A DNA stretch of 64,000 nucleotides from Felis catus (taxonomy: Eukaryota): contig NC_058372.1 in the NCBI RefSeq assembly GCF_018350175.1, forward strand, positions 120,590,001-120,654,000, given 5' to 3'. The position numbers and the translations under genes were made by a program. Of this stretch, positions 1 to 12,700 are shown one piece after another. Positions within the stretch are counted from its first letter, which is position 1. Each line of letters begins with the position of its first letter. Below the pieces are notes generated by a model. The model had not been told where the DNA came from and did not search any database. It saw nothing but the letters and a program-made list of their open reading frames with translations.

Positions 1-370
1 CTCCCTTGCCAGTTCCTTGGCAAATCAGACCATGTTACACTACAGCTTAAAACCCATCACTTCCTCTAGCGCTTGGAAGAAAATCCAAACTCCCTTCTGC
101 GTCTACAAGGCACTGAAAGTTTAAGGCCTGACTTTCTCTCCAATTTCATCTGGTGTCACTCTTTCCCTTGATTAGATCAGGACGCTCCATCCACGCTAAT
201 GCTTCGGCATAGCAAACGCCTAGCATATCTTGTTCCCTCTGCCCGGAACACTCTCTGAACATCCCTTCCACTCCCATAGCTTTCAGTTAACAGCTGAAAT
301 GTTACCTCCTAAGAGTCATCACCCCAGTATGACACAGACATTACTTTCCAGTCAAGCCTCGTCTATTTTC
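1..370 (+). mobile_element. Ancient L2 LINE remnant
   Basis: Degenerate L2 3'-region phrases (aaaatccaaactcc...aaggc; gttccctctgcccggaac; aatgttacctcct). Boundaries approximate. Confidence 0.5.
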
Positions 371-689
371 TTCACTTATACCTAACCAAGCTACAATCAT
401 TTAATATTATTCGAAAATAAGTTAGTACAAATATTGCAGCAAAATGGAAATTCCATTCATCTACAGAGCTTTTTAAATGCTCAGATATTTTTTGAATACT
501 TAGAGTAGGAAGCAAAAGATCAAGAGCCATCCTTAGAGACCCAATAGATAATAAAATACCCAAGTGCTTGCATACTCCCAAATGCCCTGAAGTCAGCCCT
601 TGCCTTCATTTTCAAACGGATAGTGGCATTATCATTTTTCATCCACGATTCACACCAATCAGAGACCAGATACCCATGACCCCGCCTTG

Positions 690-1180
690 TGGCCTTTTAT
701 TAAATCAGAGCTGCCCGTCGGCCTCTTCTGTGGCCAGAGGCTTCTGGCTGCAGCTGAGCTCGGGAGCAGAGGCCCGTGCCAGCCTGAAGAGTGGGACTCC
801 GGGGGCGCCGCGGGGTTCTGCGCTGCCTGGCGCTCCCCAGGCCGTTACCCGAGTCTCGCTCCCGCGGGCAGCGCCTCTCAGGCCACCCCCGAGAGCTCAT
901 CGGACCCCAGCGCGGCCGTTCAAACTGGCGAGTGTGCGCCTCTCGGGGTCCCCGGATTCCAGGGCTACTTGGGCGCAGAGCCGTGAAAGAGTCTCAGTCC
1001 CCAGGCGCCCAGCTTTCGAGCGACCGCCCTCCTACGCCCGTCGGCCTGAGCCACCGTTTCTCCTGCTGGGCTCCCCAGCCCTAGCCTGCAGCCGCCCTCG
1101 CCCCGGTCCATCCTTCCAGGATCTGACTGCGCCGCGCATAAGCCTCTGAAGTGCTCGGGCTCCCAGGCGGAGTCCTGACC
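690..1180. promoter_or_regulatory. Upstream CpG island (possible alternative promoter/first exon of TBPL1)
   Basis: GC- and CpG-rich block separated from the main island by an AT-rich spacer; candidate donor TGA|GTAAGG at 1196. Boundaries approximate. Confidence 0.55.
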
Positions 1181-1254
1181 GCAAACCCAAGTTGAGTAAG
1201 GAATATAGGGAAGGGAGAGGCGACAGAAGTGTGACCTAAGCTCCCTGCCTCTAT

Positions 1255-1322
1255 CTGTCTATCTATCCATCCATCCATCCATCCACCCACCCACCCTTCT
1301 ATCGATCTGTCCATCCATCCTT
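1255..1322. repeat. (ATCT)/(ATCC)n tetranucleotide microsatellite
   Basis: tctatctatccatccatccatccatccacccacc... Confidence 0.9.
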
Positions 1323-1919
1323 CCGCTATCATCTCCTGCCGCTGTATTTTAGGACTAGAATTAGAATTCCTTAATGAGAGGTTTATCATGACGTCGTAAA
1401 TTAACGTTTAACTGAAAAAGCGAAAATAGGACTTTTTCAGACAGAAAAGGTCTTAGAAAATAAATTTACTTGTTGAGAACTAGTTTTGCTAATTGCGTTA
1501 AATGGTGGACCTTGAAGTTGAACGAGCTAACGAGAAAGTTCTAAGGTTTTGACAAAAAAATTAAAGTCCATTTATACTATACTGTATGCCAGGAACAACG
1601 AACTCATGTTTAGAGATGAGCTAGAAAGGTACAAAGATCACGCAATCTTTTCAAAACCTTTTTAGGCGGTCCTCCAGCAAAAGAAGTCTAGCCCAGTAGC
1701 AGTCCCTGCCCCCAACACCCGGACGTCGCCAAGCCCAAGAGCGGGAGGGGCCTACCTTGGGGGACTAGGAAGGAGGAAGGGAAAGTGGGGAAAGGGGCGG
1801 GGGAAAGTGACGGGAGCAGTGAGAGCCGGAAATGAGTGGCTAGCGAGGAGCCCAGGGGCGCCCTGTCCGGCGGCGCTCTAGCCCCCGCGCACTGTCTCTA
1901 TGTTCCCCCTGCGTCTGGT

Positions 1920-2152
1920 CTATTTATTGTCGCGGGGAAGAAGCGGCCGCCCAGTACCCGGAACAACAAAGCACGAAAGACGGAGCTCGAGCCTCGGGGG
2001 CTCCTAGCAACGGGTCGGGGCGGGAGTTCCATGGAGACTGGGGAGCGCGCCCGCCTCATCATCATCCTTGTCCTCCAGCTTATCCTCCGCGTCCGACGTA
2101 ACCGGCAGCAGCGCTGCCGCCGCGTTCTCTGCCGCCGCCCCCTCTTCCCACG
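1920..2152 (+). other. TBPL1: TBPL1 exon 1 (5' leader; start position approximate)
   Basis: Ends CCCACG|GTAACC (donor at 2153). Joins the exon 2 acceptor TTTCTCAG|GATGTG at 28931. The TSS cannot be determined from sequence. Confidence 0.75.
2031..2152 (+). CDS. Upstream ORF in TBPL1 leader, exon 1 part (42 aa when spliced; completed by 28931-28937)
   Basis: ATG at 2031 (ttccATGG) reads METGERARLIIILVLQLILRVRRNRQQRCRRVLCRRPLFP, then CG|G ATG TGA across the splice junction. Translation is inferred, not shown. Confidence 0.6.
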
Positions 2153-2674
2153 GTAACCCCGTAGGCGACCCTGGGCGGGGGGAGCGCGGGCGACCGGGCG
2201 GCCTGAGCGCCGGGTGCCGGGCATCTGGGCGCCGGGGCTGGCGTGTGCGAGCCGGGCCGTACGGTTGGTGGGGTGTGCGGGGGCGGACGACCCGAGGAGG
2301 GGAACTAAGGTGGGAGGAATTGGTCCGGGGGCCGAGGGAGGGTCTACTTCTTAGGGAGGACCGGGTGATATTTGGGGAGCTCATCAGGGATAACGGCGTG
2401 GGGGGCGGGGCGTCCCTGCCTGCGAGCTTAACCGAGCGGGGTGTAGCAGAAGAAAAGAGGTGTTTTATTTTTCCTGTTAGCCACCCCTGGGAAAGACAGA
2501 AGGGAGATTCCCCATCCGTTTCTGTGAAGCCCTCACCCTGGAGAAGAAGAATCGTGCAAAGATGCTAGGGGTCCATTGCTTCCCAGAAAACTTCCAGCGG
2601 CCTCTGCCGCGGCGGGAATGCTACCAAATAGCATCTTCCCCGGTTACTGGTGCCGGCGATGCCAACAGCCCCGC

Positions 2675-2676
<2 letters not shown>

Positions 2677-2718
<42 letters not shown>

Positions 2719-2724
2719 TACTAT
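2677..2724. repeat. (TTA)n trinucleotide microsatellite
   Basis: About 15 TTA/ATT units; source of the poly-Leu and poly-Ile ORFs in the track. Confidence 0.95.
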
Positions 2725-3553
2725 TACCCAAATTAGGTTTGATGAAGGGTCCGGAACTGAGGAAGATAAAATGAATTGTGGGCAGAGCTAAGCGAGGATC
2801 AGAATTGGGATAAGCGCTTAATGATAGACCGTAAGAGCCCTAAAAGTAATTTAATTGAGAATGACGGTTTTTAAGACTCCTTCAGCCGCGGTGTGCATCT
2901 GCGGGCTCTGTCAGTGTGCTCATTGCAATAAGACTCAGACTGCAGCCAGCCAGTTCACATCTGTGAGCTCTCTGGCTGCGTCTGTCACCTGCAGTTGCAA
3001 AGCGACACTGGCAGTTAACCAGCGTGGGCTTCTGTATTTAGGGTTAAGAACAGTGCCTTAAAATTGGCTGAAGGTAAAAAAGAGAGAGAAACAAGCCTGG
3101 TGTGATTTTTGTGTGAAGAACCAATTACAGAATCCCTGAGAAAATTGAAAAATAGAAATACAAGGAAAAGATTTAGCAGTCGGAGCGTAGTCTGCTGTCT
3201 CTTTTAAAGTTTGAGAAAATGGCAGGCCATTCAAATGGAGAAGGGACTTTTATCGCTATCTGGTTTCAAGAATTATTTGCAGTTTGATACCTCCAGGTAA
3301 ATATTTGTCAGCTTATATGATCTCTGTGCTTTACATCACTATTTAGTGGTTTTATACTTTCCCAAATCATTCCAGGTCAGTAAATGAGGTTTCCCTATGG
3401 CATACTGAAATGGCCACATATACCTTCAAGAGAATATCATCTTCATGTCCAGTGAGAATAAAGCTCTTTATATAAAGTTGAGGATTAACAATGAAAATAA
3501 AACTGATAAATCACAGAAGCAATTATGTCAACCACAGCTTCTGTTTGTCTCAA

Positions 3554-3585
<32 letters not shown>

Positions 3586-4770
3586 GGCTAAGCTGGCTTG
3601 TCTTAAGCAAAATGTGTCATCCTTATTCTCAGCCCCCTCTTTTCATACTCTTTGCCTTCAAGATCAGAAATTAATGGTCTGCTAATAAGTGCTCTTGATT
3701 GGTTCACTATAGCCAGAATAGCGTTTTTAACACAGGCGTTTTCCTGGAGTTGGGGTTCAGTATCTCTTGTTAAAGGACTTTCACGGATGTGCAAAGAGGT
3801 GGGCAGTTATCTTTAATGGAAAGTATAAACATTGGGAGATTTAGAGTTGCTTAAGATTCTAAGAGGAAAAACCCAAGATTGTCACCTTTAGGTTAATGAA
3901 TCAAGGATTGTTTAATCTTTTCATAAAGCTCTTCTTCTATGAAGGATATCCTGGGGGAGGACCACACTTGAAGCTGTTGGATGTTGAGTCCCAAGATTTC
4001 CATAGTGCACATGAGACTTAAGTGAATTCCCTCAATCACAGGGTTGCCATCACATACTTCACCTAGACCTGTTTGTGGTTCCCTGTCTGTTCCGTGTTTG
4101 AGTGGGGGTCAGGCCCTAGCTTCCACCTTTAGTAGCAATCCAATTTCTGTGTTCCCTGCTCTCTACTGTAACATTCCCAGTGTTTGGTGTTGTTTTAGTT
4201 CCTATCCTTATTTAATCATGTAACAGTCCAAATGATTTTTTGGGCTATTTGTATTGTTTGTTTCTTACGGAGTTTTCGGTATACATCCTTGGGCTATATA
4301 CCCTTTTCATTAATGTTAACTTTGTTGTATTTTCCTTCTTCTGTATCCCTCCCCTTTATTTGTAGAATTGAAGTGGTCATGTCAGATGTTATGTATTCAT
4401 TCTGTTTGTGCAGAACAGCAGGTTAAGAGCCTCATGCTGGGACTGTATTGAAATAAAGCATGTAAAAAATATTGTCACTTTTCAGAATTAAAAGGTGTTT
4501 TACAAGTTCAAGTGGTAGTACTATAATTATAGACACAGTCACTTTTTTAAAGGTTAAAAGTATTGTAGAGCTCACTGTGTTTTTAATTGAACCTCAGATT
4601 TTCATAATTTTTATTCTGAAAACCTTCTTAGTATCAGTCTTTTCTGATAATTTTGCATCTGAATATTTAACTGAAATTACATTTTGCCAAGTTTGAGGGA
4701 ACAATTTAAGTGATTCCCACAAATTTTTCTTTATGTGGATAATTTTTATATCAAAACTTTTGTGGATATA

Positions 4771-5235
4771 CAGTAGTCCCCTCTTTATCTGTGGTTTTAC
4801 TTCCTGTGGGTTCAGTTCCCCCTGGTCAGCCAGGGGCTGGAAGCAGACAACCTTCCTTCTGATGTATGGTCGGAATGTCAGTAGTAGCTTAATATTAGGT
4901 TATTAGGTCATAGGGCCTACGTCATTCACCTCATTTCATCTCAACATATATGCATTTTATCATCTCACATCACAAAAAGAAGGGGGAGTATAGTACAATA
5001 AGATATTTTGAGAAAGAACACATNNNNNNNNNNNNNNNNNNNNNNNNNNNNNNNNNNNNNNNNNNNNNNNNNNNNNNNNNNNNNNNNNNNNNNNNNNNNN
5101 NNNNNNNNNNNNNNNNNNNNNNNNNNNNNNNNNNNNNNNNNNNNNNNNNNNNNNNNNNNNNNNNNNNNNNNNNNNNNNNNNNNNNNNNNNNNNNNNNNNN
5201 NNNNNNNNNNNNNNNNNNNNNNNNGGGACCTACTA
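4771..5235 (+). mobile_element. MER44/Tigger7-type non-autonomous DNA transposon (interior partly N)
   Basis: TA|CAGTAGTCCCC left TIR, internal GAGTATAGTACAATAAGATATTTTGAGA, right end GGGAC(C)TACTA|TA. Confidence 0.85.
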
Positions 5236-6792
5236 TATACGTGTATAGAATGTGCAGAATTTGCTCTAAAGTAGAGCAAATACATATGAAATATGCAACC
5301 GAATGTTATTGGAGAATGTTATTTCTTATCATGGATGTGGCACATCACTTACAATAAATATTGTATAATCTAGTTGAATGGGTGTCAGCATTGTTTTTAG
5401 GCGAAGGAGCCGGTAAGAATCTGGTGATTGATTTCCTTCCGTTGCATCATTGACCATGTGATGAAATTATTATTGCTTTGAAAAGTGAAATTTAAATTGA
5501 TTTTAGAAGAATTCATAGTAGAATGTTTCCCCCGTGTGTTTAACTGAAGACCTGTAGTGCTTTGAAAATTTAGCTGTGTTGTGACATTTGAATTAAAAAA
5601 TAAGATTTCCTGAAACGTACACTCAGATTTGTTACACCTTTTATATGCCTAATGCCGCATCGAGTATGTAAAGCTGGATGAAAGGTGTTTCTCTTCAGGT
5701 GCTTTTTGTGCACTTGTAGATAGCAGAGAAATGGACATACCGTGAATACCGAAACACGACACACAAATTTGTGTTTTGAATCCCTTGTTACACACTGCCC
5801 GGTGCTATTGATGTACAGATTTCATCATGCCTGATAAAATTAGGACTTTCTGGAGGATCAGGACTATGAGTTGCCATCCTGTTGTATGCTAATGTCATGC
5901 AGGTGTGTGTACATATTTTGAAGATTAACATGTTAATAAAAGGGTATATTTATTTTCTTTGACTTCGGAGGGTAACCTGGTAGATGAGGGGAACCTTTAA
6001 TTATCTAATCTAATTAGTAATCTAATTCTTGATGCCTACAATTTCAGTTATTTTGGGGTTTTTTTTGTTTTTTTGTTTTACTGGCTGCAAATTATAAGCA
6101 AAAACTTCTCTAACATGATTGGGGATTTTTTTTTTTTTTTAAACCAGTTCAAACAGTAAAAATAATGATTTACTGCCTTGAGTAGCTCCAGTATTTGCTC
6201 GCATGAATACCACCTTGGGAAATTTCGAAAGGGTGAAAGAGTATATGCGTGTTTGAGGTCTTGCCAGGCTACGTATACAAATTTGACTTTTGTGATACAA
6301 CCTTTTATTAAGAAGAAAGATACGGAGTGTGTGTGTCTGTGTAGTTGTGGAAAAACCAAGATTCTAGAAATAGGTCATTAGTGAAAAAGAATCAGTTTGT
6401 ATCAGAAGTTATATTCATCTGGTCTTATCTTGTGATTGGTGATAAAACTCAAAATTTGGCTTCGATGGCTTGTTTTGTATGGGACACCTGCTGCTAGGGA
6501 TCCCATTAAATGTTAAACACACTAAAGTGAGTTCTGGGACAGTTCGGATGGGCCTTCGTGCAGGAATCAATAATGAAACTGTTTAAAATTTCACGAAAAA
6601 AAAAAACAACACAGCACAAAAGTTTGGCTGGCAACTTCAAGCATGTAGTATTCATTCATCAAGCAAGAGTACTGAAAATCAGATTGTGTACTGAGGACGC
6701 TTTTGTCAGGACATGTGTGGATGAGGACTCTTACTGTTTTAATTGTATTTAGCACCATAGAGATCTGCTTATAAACATTGGTCCGTGGTATG

Positions 6793-7029
6793 TTTTTTTG
6801 TTTTGTTTTGTTTTATGTCTGTTTATTTTTGAGCGAGCGGGAGAGACAGAGCAGAGCTTGAGCAGGGAAGGGGCAGAAAGAGAGAGAGGGAGAAACGGAA
6901 TCGGAAGCAGGCTCCAGGCTCTGAGCTGTCAGCACAGAGCCTGCCTGATGCATGACTTGAACCCACAGACTGAGATCATGGCCTGAGCTGAAGTTGGATG
7001 CTTAACTGGCTGAGGCACCCAGGCGCCCC
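6793..7029 (-). mobile_element. Can-SINE
   Basis: Reverse complement of the GGGGCGCCTGGGTG head, (CT)n body and A-rich tail. Confidence 0.92.
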
Positions 7030-7229
7030 TGTTTTTGGTTTTTAACTCCCTCGATGAGAACGCATAAAATTTTAAAAGAAGTAAAAATTTGTTTTTGTTA
7101 ATTAAATAGTTCCAAAGAATCAGGTGCGAGCCTTCTTTTGTTGATAAATTACAGGTATTTTCATTGTGAGGCAGAACAATTTTAGTCAAAATCAGTTATA
7201 CTGTTTTCTTAGGATTAGTCTTAATATAG

Positions 7230-7450
7230 CACTTAACAGTATGGAATCAGGATACAGGCTGTCTGTGTTCAATACAGTGGCCGTGCTGCTTTTTGATGAT
7301 GTGGCCTGAGTAATTTATTTCACTGCCTTGATTCCCCAGTTGTTTCAACTACAGTATGGGACTAATCCTTGTACGACCCTGTAGGATTGCTGTGAGAATT
7401 AAGTGAAAAGCATTTGGAACAATGCTCAGCATAATTAGGTGAACAGATAT
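7230..7450 (+). mobile_element. MIR remnant
   Basis: ggaatcagga...gtaggattgctgtgagaattaagtga...gcatttggaacaatgctcagcata, typical MIR 3' half. Confidence 0.6.
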
Positions 7451-8691
7451 TCCCTGATGCTGACAGCAGTGGTACTAGGCAGCACATTAAAGGTGAACCA
7501 GCTATATAGTTTGTGTCCTTCATATGGAGGCTTTCTGTTAAAGCACTGGAATTCTTGATGTGTGATTACCAACTTAGACTCATCCCTGCTGTTAGGTTCT
7601 GGGGGGAGGGAAGCACTTTTGTTTTAATTTTGAATTATCACACAGGCATCTGGTTAGCACTTACGGCAGATGGACTAAGTAAAAAGAGACATCTCTGTTT
7701 CTTGGGAAAGGAAGGCCAACAAAGCCTGATCTGGCACCACGTTGCAGCTATTGAAATGCTATTACCCTGTGGACTTGACCACTTGTTTTGCTGTATGGTG
7801 CTTCTGAATAAGAGCAATAGACCCTGATGGTTTTATTTAGCAGAATTCCTCTTTCTTTAGAGGACACTATTTTTGCTTGTATAACCTTAAATGGTGATAA
7901 ACTTGAAACTTGTTGGTGTCTTTGTCAGGCCATTTAACTTGTGTTTTCTGTTATCACTATAAATGTCCTACATTGTAGCTTTCTTGTAATTTTAGAAGTA
8001 GCTGAGACTGCTGTTCTGCTCCAGTAATTCAAGTGACTCAAGGATGACCGCATAGAACTGGAAAATTATTTGTTTATGGTAAGGCTAACACCAGATACCG
8101 AGGCTTACCTAATCAGGGGAATAGCTTGATAATTGTAGTTTTGTTTAGGCTGTTATTAAAATGGTTAACTTTTTAAAGCGAAGTACAAATGTTTTAGTTT
8201 AGTTAGAAGGACATTTGAAACTGCTGACTAGAAAATAAATGTTTCTGCTTAAATACAGTGAATTGCAAACTGTTCTTTTCTGTTTTGGCTGACATCCAGG
8301 TCTTGGTTTTTAGTTGAAATAATGTTTTCATAAAAGGTATATTACAGAAGTTTATATGAAACGTGCTATTAAAAATATGTTTTGCTTTAAACGTACAGGG
8401 GTCGAGTTTTATAACCCTTCCATCTTGTGCTGTTTTGTTTAAGTTGGTTTTTATACTATTTCTCCCCTAAGAAGATTGGCGTATATGCTTGTATGTAGAG
8501 ATGTGGCTTTTGTTTTCCTGTTTAAAGAGAGGGAAGTTTAGTTGATGTTCTTGATTTAGTTGAGTAGTCCTTTCGTTGACTAGATTGATATAGTATTGAT
8601 ATAATATTGTTAACATTATTCCTATAGCCATCATGGATTCTGGATCTGAAAAATATTGAGATAAGCAAAGAAATGATCGTGGCTATTTCAT

Positions 8692-8783
8692 GGATATCTA
8701 TATCCATATGTATCTATATATATCTCTGTAGATATCTATATCCATAGATATATATCCATAGATATATCTATAGAGATATATAG
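8692..8783. repeat. AT-rich self-complementary low-complexity repeat
   Basis: Units of GATATC/ATAGAT/TATCCA; 19-bp inverted arms at 8717-8735 and 8764-8782. Confidence 0.85.
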
Positions 8784-9680
8784 TTTATACATACACACCT
8801 CCATATATCCTTTTAGATATTCTAAGGACTATAGTGGGAGATTTTTACGAAAACAGGTCTCCAAGGTGTTAATATTGTCCAGAATAAAAGCCCGTTTTGA
8901 AATAAAGGTCTGACTGACACATGGTTAAATGTTCCCTAGTGTTCTTTCCACCACACTTTTTCAGGGACAGGTGTTGCTGACCTTGAGATATAAAGATAAT
9001 AAAGCTAATGTGTAGTCTAAAAGCACAAATACGAAGATGGAAATTTGGTTTTTGACTACGGTCACCATTTATAGAACCCATCGTTGTTTGAACCTCAGCT
9101 AACATTCCTGGTAAGCCTGAACCTTCTGTGGAATAAGAACCACCCCAGTCCTTGTAAATTGCTGCAGAGCCTCTTTCAAGGTACAGAGCCTTTTCTTTTC
9201 CTTACCAGCTGATGGCTACAGTGAGCTTCTTGGCTGTCTCCAGTTATTCGTATGCATGTGTAACCCGGTAAAGTTGTGATGAGCATCCTTTAATTGCACG
9301 GCTTGACCATATATATCCCAGAATCTCTGCTGGGGCAGGTTAGGGTAGATGTGGATGGTACAGCCTTCTTGAAGGCATAGTCACCAGTTCATGAGACCTG
9401 CCTCAGCACAACGTTGGTATGCTAATCTCAAAGGTACACTAGATTTCTTAACCCAGTTCTTTCCTCCTTTTTTGGTGATGGTGGCAGTTAAGGTATGTGA
9501 CACAGCTGAACAGTTTATGACTGACGAACAGCCATGCGAATAACTCTTTTATCATCTCAGCAGCATACTGCTAGTGTGAATCCTTCGGTTAGTAAAGCTG
9601 AGAAAACCTTTGGCTGGCCAGTGATCTTGAAAATTCTCCTTCAGTGCATAGTACAGTACCACTTGGATAATTGTTTAATT

Positions 9681-9720
9681 TGTGTGTCTATTAAGAATGT
9701 GTGTCTATTAAGAATGTGTG
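9681..9720. repeat. 17-bp tandem duplication
   Basis: tgtgtgtctattaagaa x2 followed by tgtgtg. Confidence 0.9.
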
Positions 9721-12700
9721 CCTTTTAATTTACTCTTTCTAGGCTTTTTGTTTGGGGCCGATTAAATTGGAAGAGTTTCAAATGTCTGAAGCGACATTCT
9801 TAATTCGTCTTGTGTTACATCCTCACTCTTACTTTGTAAAGAGTGGAATGATGGCTTTATTATCATATTCATTTAATTGCGCGACTGGTAGGCTGGAAGC
9901 AGCTGACCTGTTGGCTGGTCTGTGACCAGCTACCATGGAATGAACTTTGGGTATGGATGGTTTAGGGCTCATAGGACTCCTGGGGTTAAAATGGAGAACG
10001 TAACCCTTAGGAGAAAGGAAAGGGAATATATACATCAAAAACGTTAAGGATCTGTGTGGGTGTTTTAATTAAAATAATTCTTTCTTTACATCAGAAACAT
10101 ACTTCTGTGTTTGTAAAAGCTCCTGAAACACAGTTGCCCTTCAGGATTTGGGGGTCTAAACTGAAACCAGTAATAACTTGTTAGGTGTGTGAACACTAAG
10201 CAGAACATACCAGTAAGTTAAATAAAGGACATAATAGATGCTGTTAGAGAACTTGAGTGGTTTGGGGCTACTAAGCTTCTTACCTGTTACAGTGAAAAAT
10301 GTCTGCCCTTCCTACTTACTCCCCAACCCCGCAATTCGGTTTTTCACTTGTTCTTGAAGTATTCATCTAATTTAGCAACTATTTGTTGAGTTGATGGCCA
10401 AGTGCCAGCTAAGCCAAATTCTAAAGGTTACACATTTATATTAAACAGCTCTCTTCAAGGCTGTGGCGCCTATAGCACACGGTTATCATGCAGACGGTAC
10501 CTCTGCGGTACCCTCTGCTCGGAGAGCTCCTCTTAGTGTTTCGTGACTGGTTCCTTCTTATCCTACAAGATCGCACGTTAAGAATAATTTTTCGTCTCTG
10601 AGGAACTTAAGAGGCCTGCCTGCATCATTCCTCCTAGAGTTTCTCTTGTGTCCTCTTATTCCCTTCACAACATAGATCACATTTTCTTAATTATTTTAAT
10701 TGCTTATCTGTTCATTGTCAGATTCTTCCACCGGAATACAGCTGCCGTGAAGTTTCCTTCTCTGACCGTTGTTCTGAGCTGTCTTCCCAGTGTTCAGCTA
10801 CAGTGCTTGGTTCGTATCAGTTGTGGATTCAATGAGTCTACCCACAAGTAAGAGTCTGTTAGTGAAGCAATGAGGAAAGGGCATCCTAGGCAAATTTAAA
10901 ATTAAGAAAAGGTCTGCCGGAGGAGAAATAGTTGAGATTGTTAAGGTGTGTTGGAAGTGGAAGAAGATTAGGTCACAAAAGGTAAATTGGAGGCTCGAAG
11001 CTCACTGCATTCCAAGCCAAGCAAGTTAGATTCCATGTGTCCGTGCAAGAGAGCCAGACTTTTCCTTAAGCAGGGGTGTGGCACAGTTAGGAAGAGAGCT
11101 TATTTGTTGGATGGACTAGATTGTGGGTACTGCAAGCAGAGTTCCATTAGAAGGCCGTGGTCATAAGGACATGTGAAAGCCTAAAATAAAATGTTGATGC
11201 TTCGGATGCAGAAAAGAAGCAAAGTGGAAAGTTGACTGGGTATAAGAGAAAGAAGAGCTGAAGGATGATTGATTCTGAAATTTCTGAGTCAGGTGTTGAG
11301 TGAGTGTTGGAGGGTGGCTCCATCAACTGAAATTAAGAATTAAGAGACCACAAGTATTTCTGAGGGGATTAATTGATTTTGGATATGTTGGTTTAAGTTA
11401 ACGAACATACCGCACAGCCAGTGAAGAAAATGGATTCAGATCTCTGATAGGTTAGGATCGATGTAGGAGTCATAAACTCAGAGATAACAGTTGAAGCTTG
11501 GAAAGCTTATAGAAGAAAAGGGCTCTTAAATTCATCGAGAATATGAAAAACAAATGGCCTCAGGTACACGTCCAGATTTGTGTGTGCACAATTTCAGGGG
11601 TTCCTCACCTCCGGAACCTATTGTTGAGCTTTTCAGGAACTGTCCTGGGATTCAGTGAAGAACTTCCAATTTGCGGAGCAGAAAGGTATTGGAGATGGGA
11701 GGAGAACGTAGGGAAAGGTGCCTCAGAAGCCAAAACTAGGGGTGGTGAGGGAGAATTTTGAGAGTCAGGAGTGCCCCGTGCTTTATGCTCTGGAGAGGTC
11801 CATCAGGAGGGAGTTTGAACTGCGACATCAGATTCAGCAGTGAGCCGCTCGTTCCTAAACATTTCATAGCATGCAGAGGCACAGGGCAGAGTGTGACAGT
11901 TTCATGCATGAATCGAGTTAAGGAAACAATGCATGGTAAACAGACTACAGAAGTCTTGATGTTCTCTAACGATAAACAGGCCTGATATGAGAATAGAGTC
12001 CATTTTAAGGACCTGCCGAAAGGGAAATTCCATGATTTTGATGACCTGTTGTGGTGTTGCAGCCCAGTGGTTCTCAGCTGGCTACCCACTAGAAACAACT
12101 TGGCAATGTTTTCAAAAATTAGGGCCCCCGATGAAGGTTAGTTAATCAATATCTCTGGGGGTTGAGGCTTTCTGTAGTTGTTATTTTGTTTTATCTTTTA
12201 CTTAGTAGTTAAGAGCTAGTGTTGCAGTCAGAAAACTTCATTATCATTCTTGATTTGTGTTCTGTGTAAGAATACTTTCTTTTACTTGTATGTTATCTAA
12301 TTACTCAGTTTACTGTTGTGCTGTTTTAAAATATTTTGTCTTTCTCACAGACCTTAATTTCCAGTTTAAAAAACGTGACTCAGCCCTCAGTCAATTAAAA
12401 GATCTGACAGTTCTGAGTAAATTAAGACGTTCTTAATGGTGCTTACATGTGGAAAGATACTCATTCTGTAACCCTGTTTGCTTTTATTTAAGTATGTTAC
12501 TTTTTTACTAAATAGTAAAAACTGCTTGTTACCTAGAAAAGTTTGAACTCTGTATTACTATTTTCCAACTAGCTAATTTATTTCATAATTCTACCTTCCT
12601 TTTCTTAAAATGGCACTCATACATGGCATAGACCTTAAGCAGGTTGTCTACACTAGAGCACACATTTTATACCAAGGGTAAGCCTGTAAAAGCAGTTGAA

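Larger units (their letters stand above)
1710..2640 (+). promoter_or_regulatory. TBPL1: Main TBPL1 CpG-island promoter
   Basis: Very high CpG density, GC box GGGGCGG near 1794-1800, ETS-like CCGGAAAT at about 1826-1833, G-run cluster 1741-1805; surrounds the exon 1 donor. Confidence 0.85.

Noticed and set aside
568-1149. 193-aa and overlapping ORFs in the upstream CpG island
   Set aside because: Pro/Arg/Ala/Ser-rich low-complexity translations typical of stop-poor GC-rich DNA; no recognisable domain.
1900-2007. Additional 35-codon ATG ORF (MFPLRLVYLLSRG...)
   Set aside because: Weak context and probably at or upstream of the TSS; relevant only if 5' ends map above 1900.
1836-2030. GTG-initiated in-frame extension of the uORF (track ORF 1836-2156)
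   Set aside because: Starts at a non-AUG codon that probably lies upstream of the TSS; only the part from ATG 2031 looks peptide-like.
2562-2791. Poly-Leu and poly-Ile ORFs resembling a signal peptide or TM helix
   Set aside because: Translation of the (TTA)n microsatellite.
2880-3302. Donor-like sites AAG|GTAAAA (about 3074) and CAG|GTAAAT (about 3297) as possible alternative leader exons
   Set aside because: No convincing matching acceptor, and no way to test usage from sequence alone.
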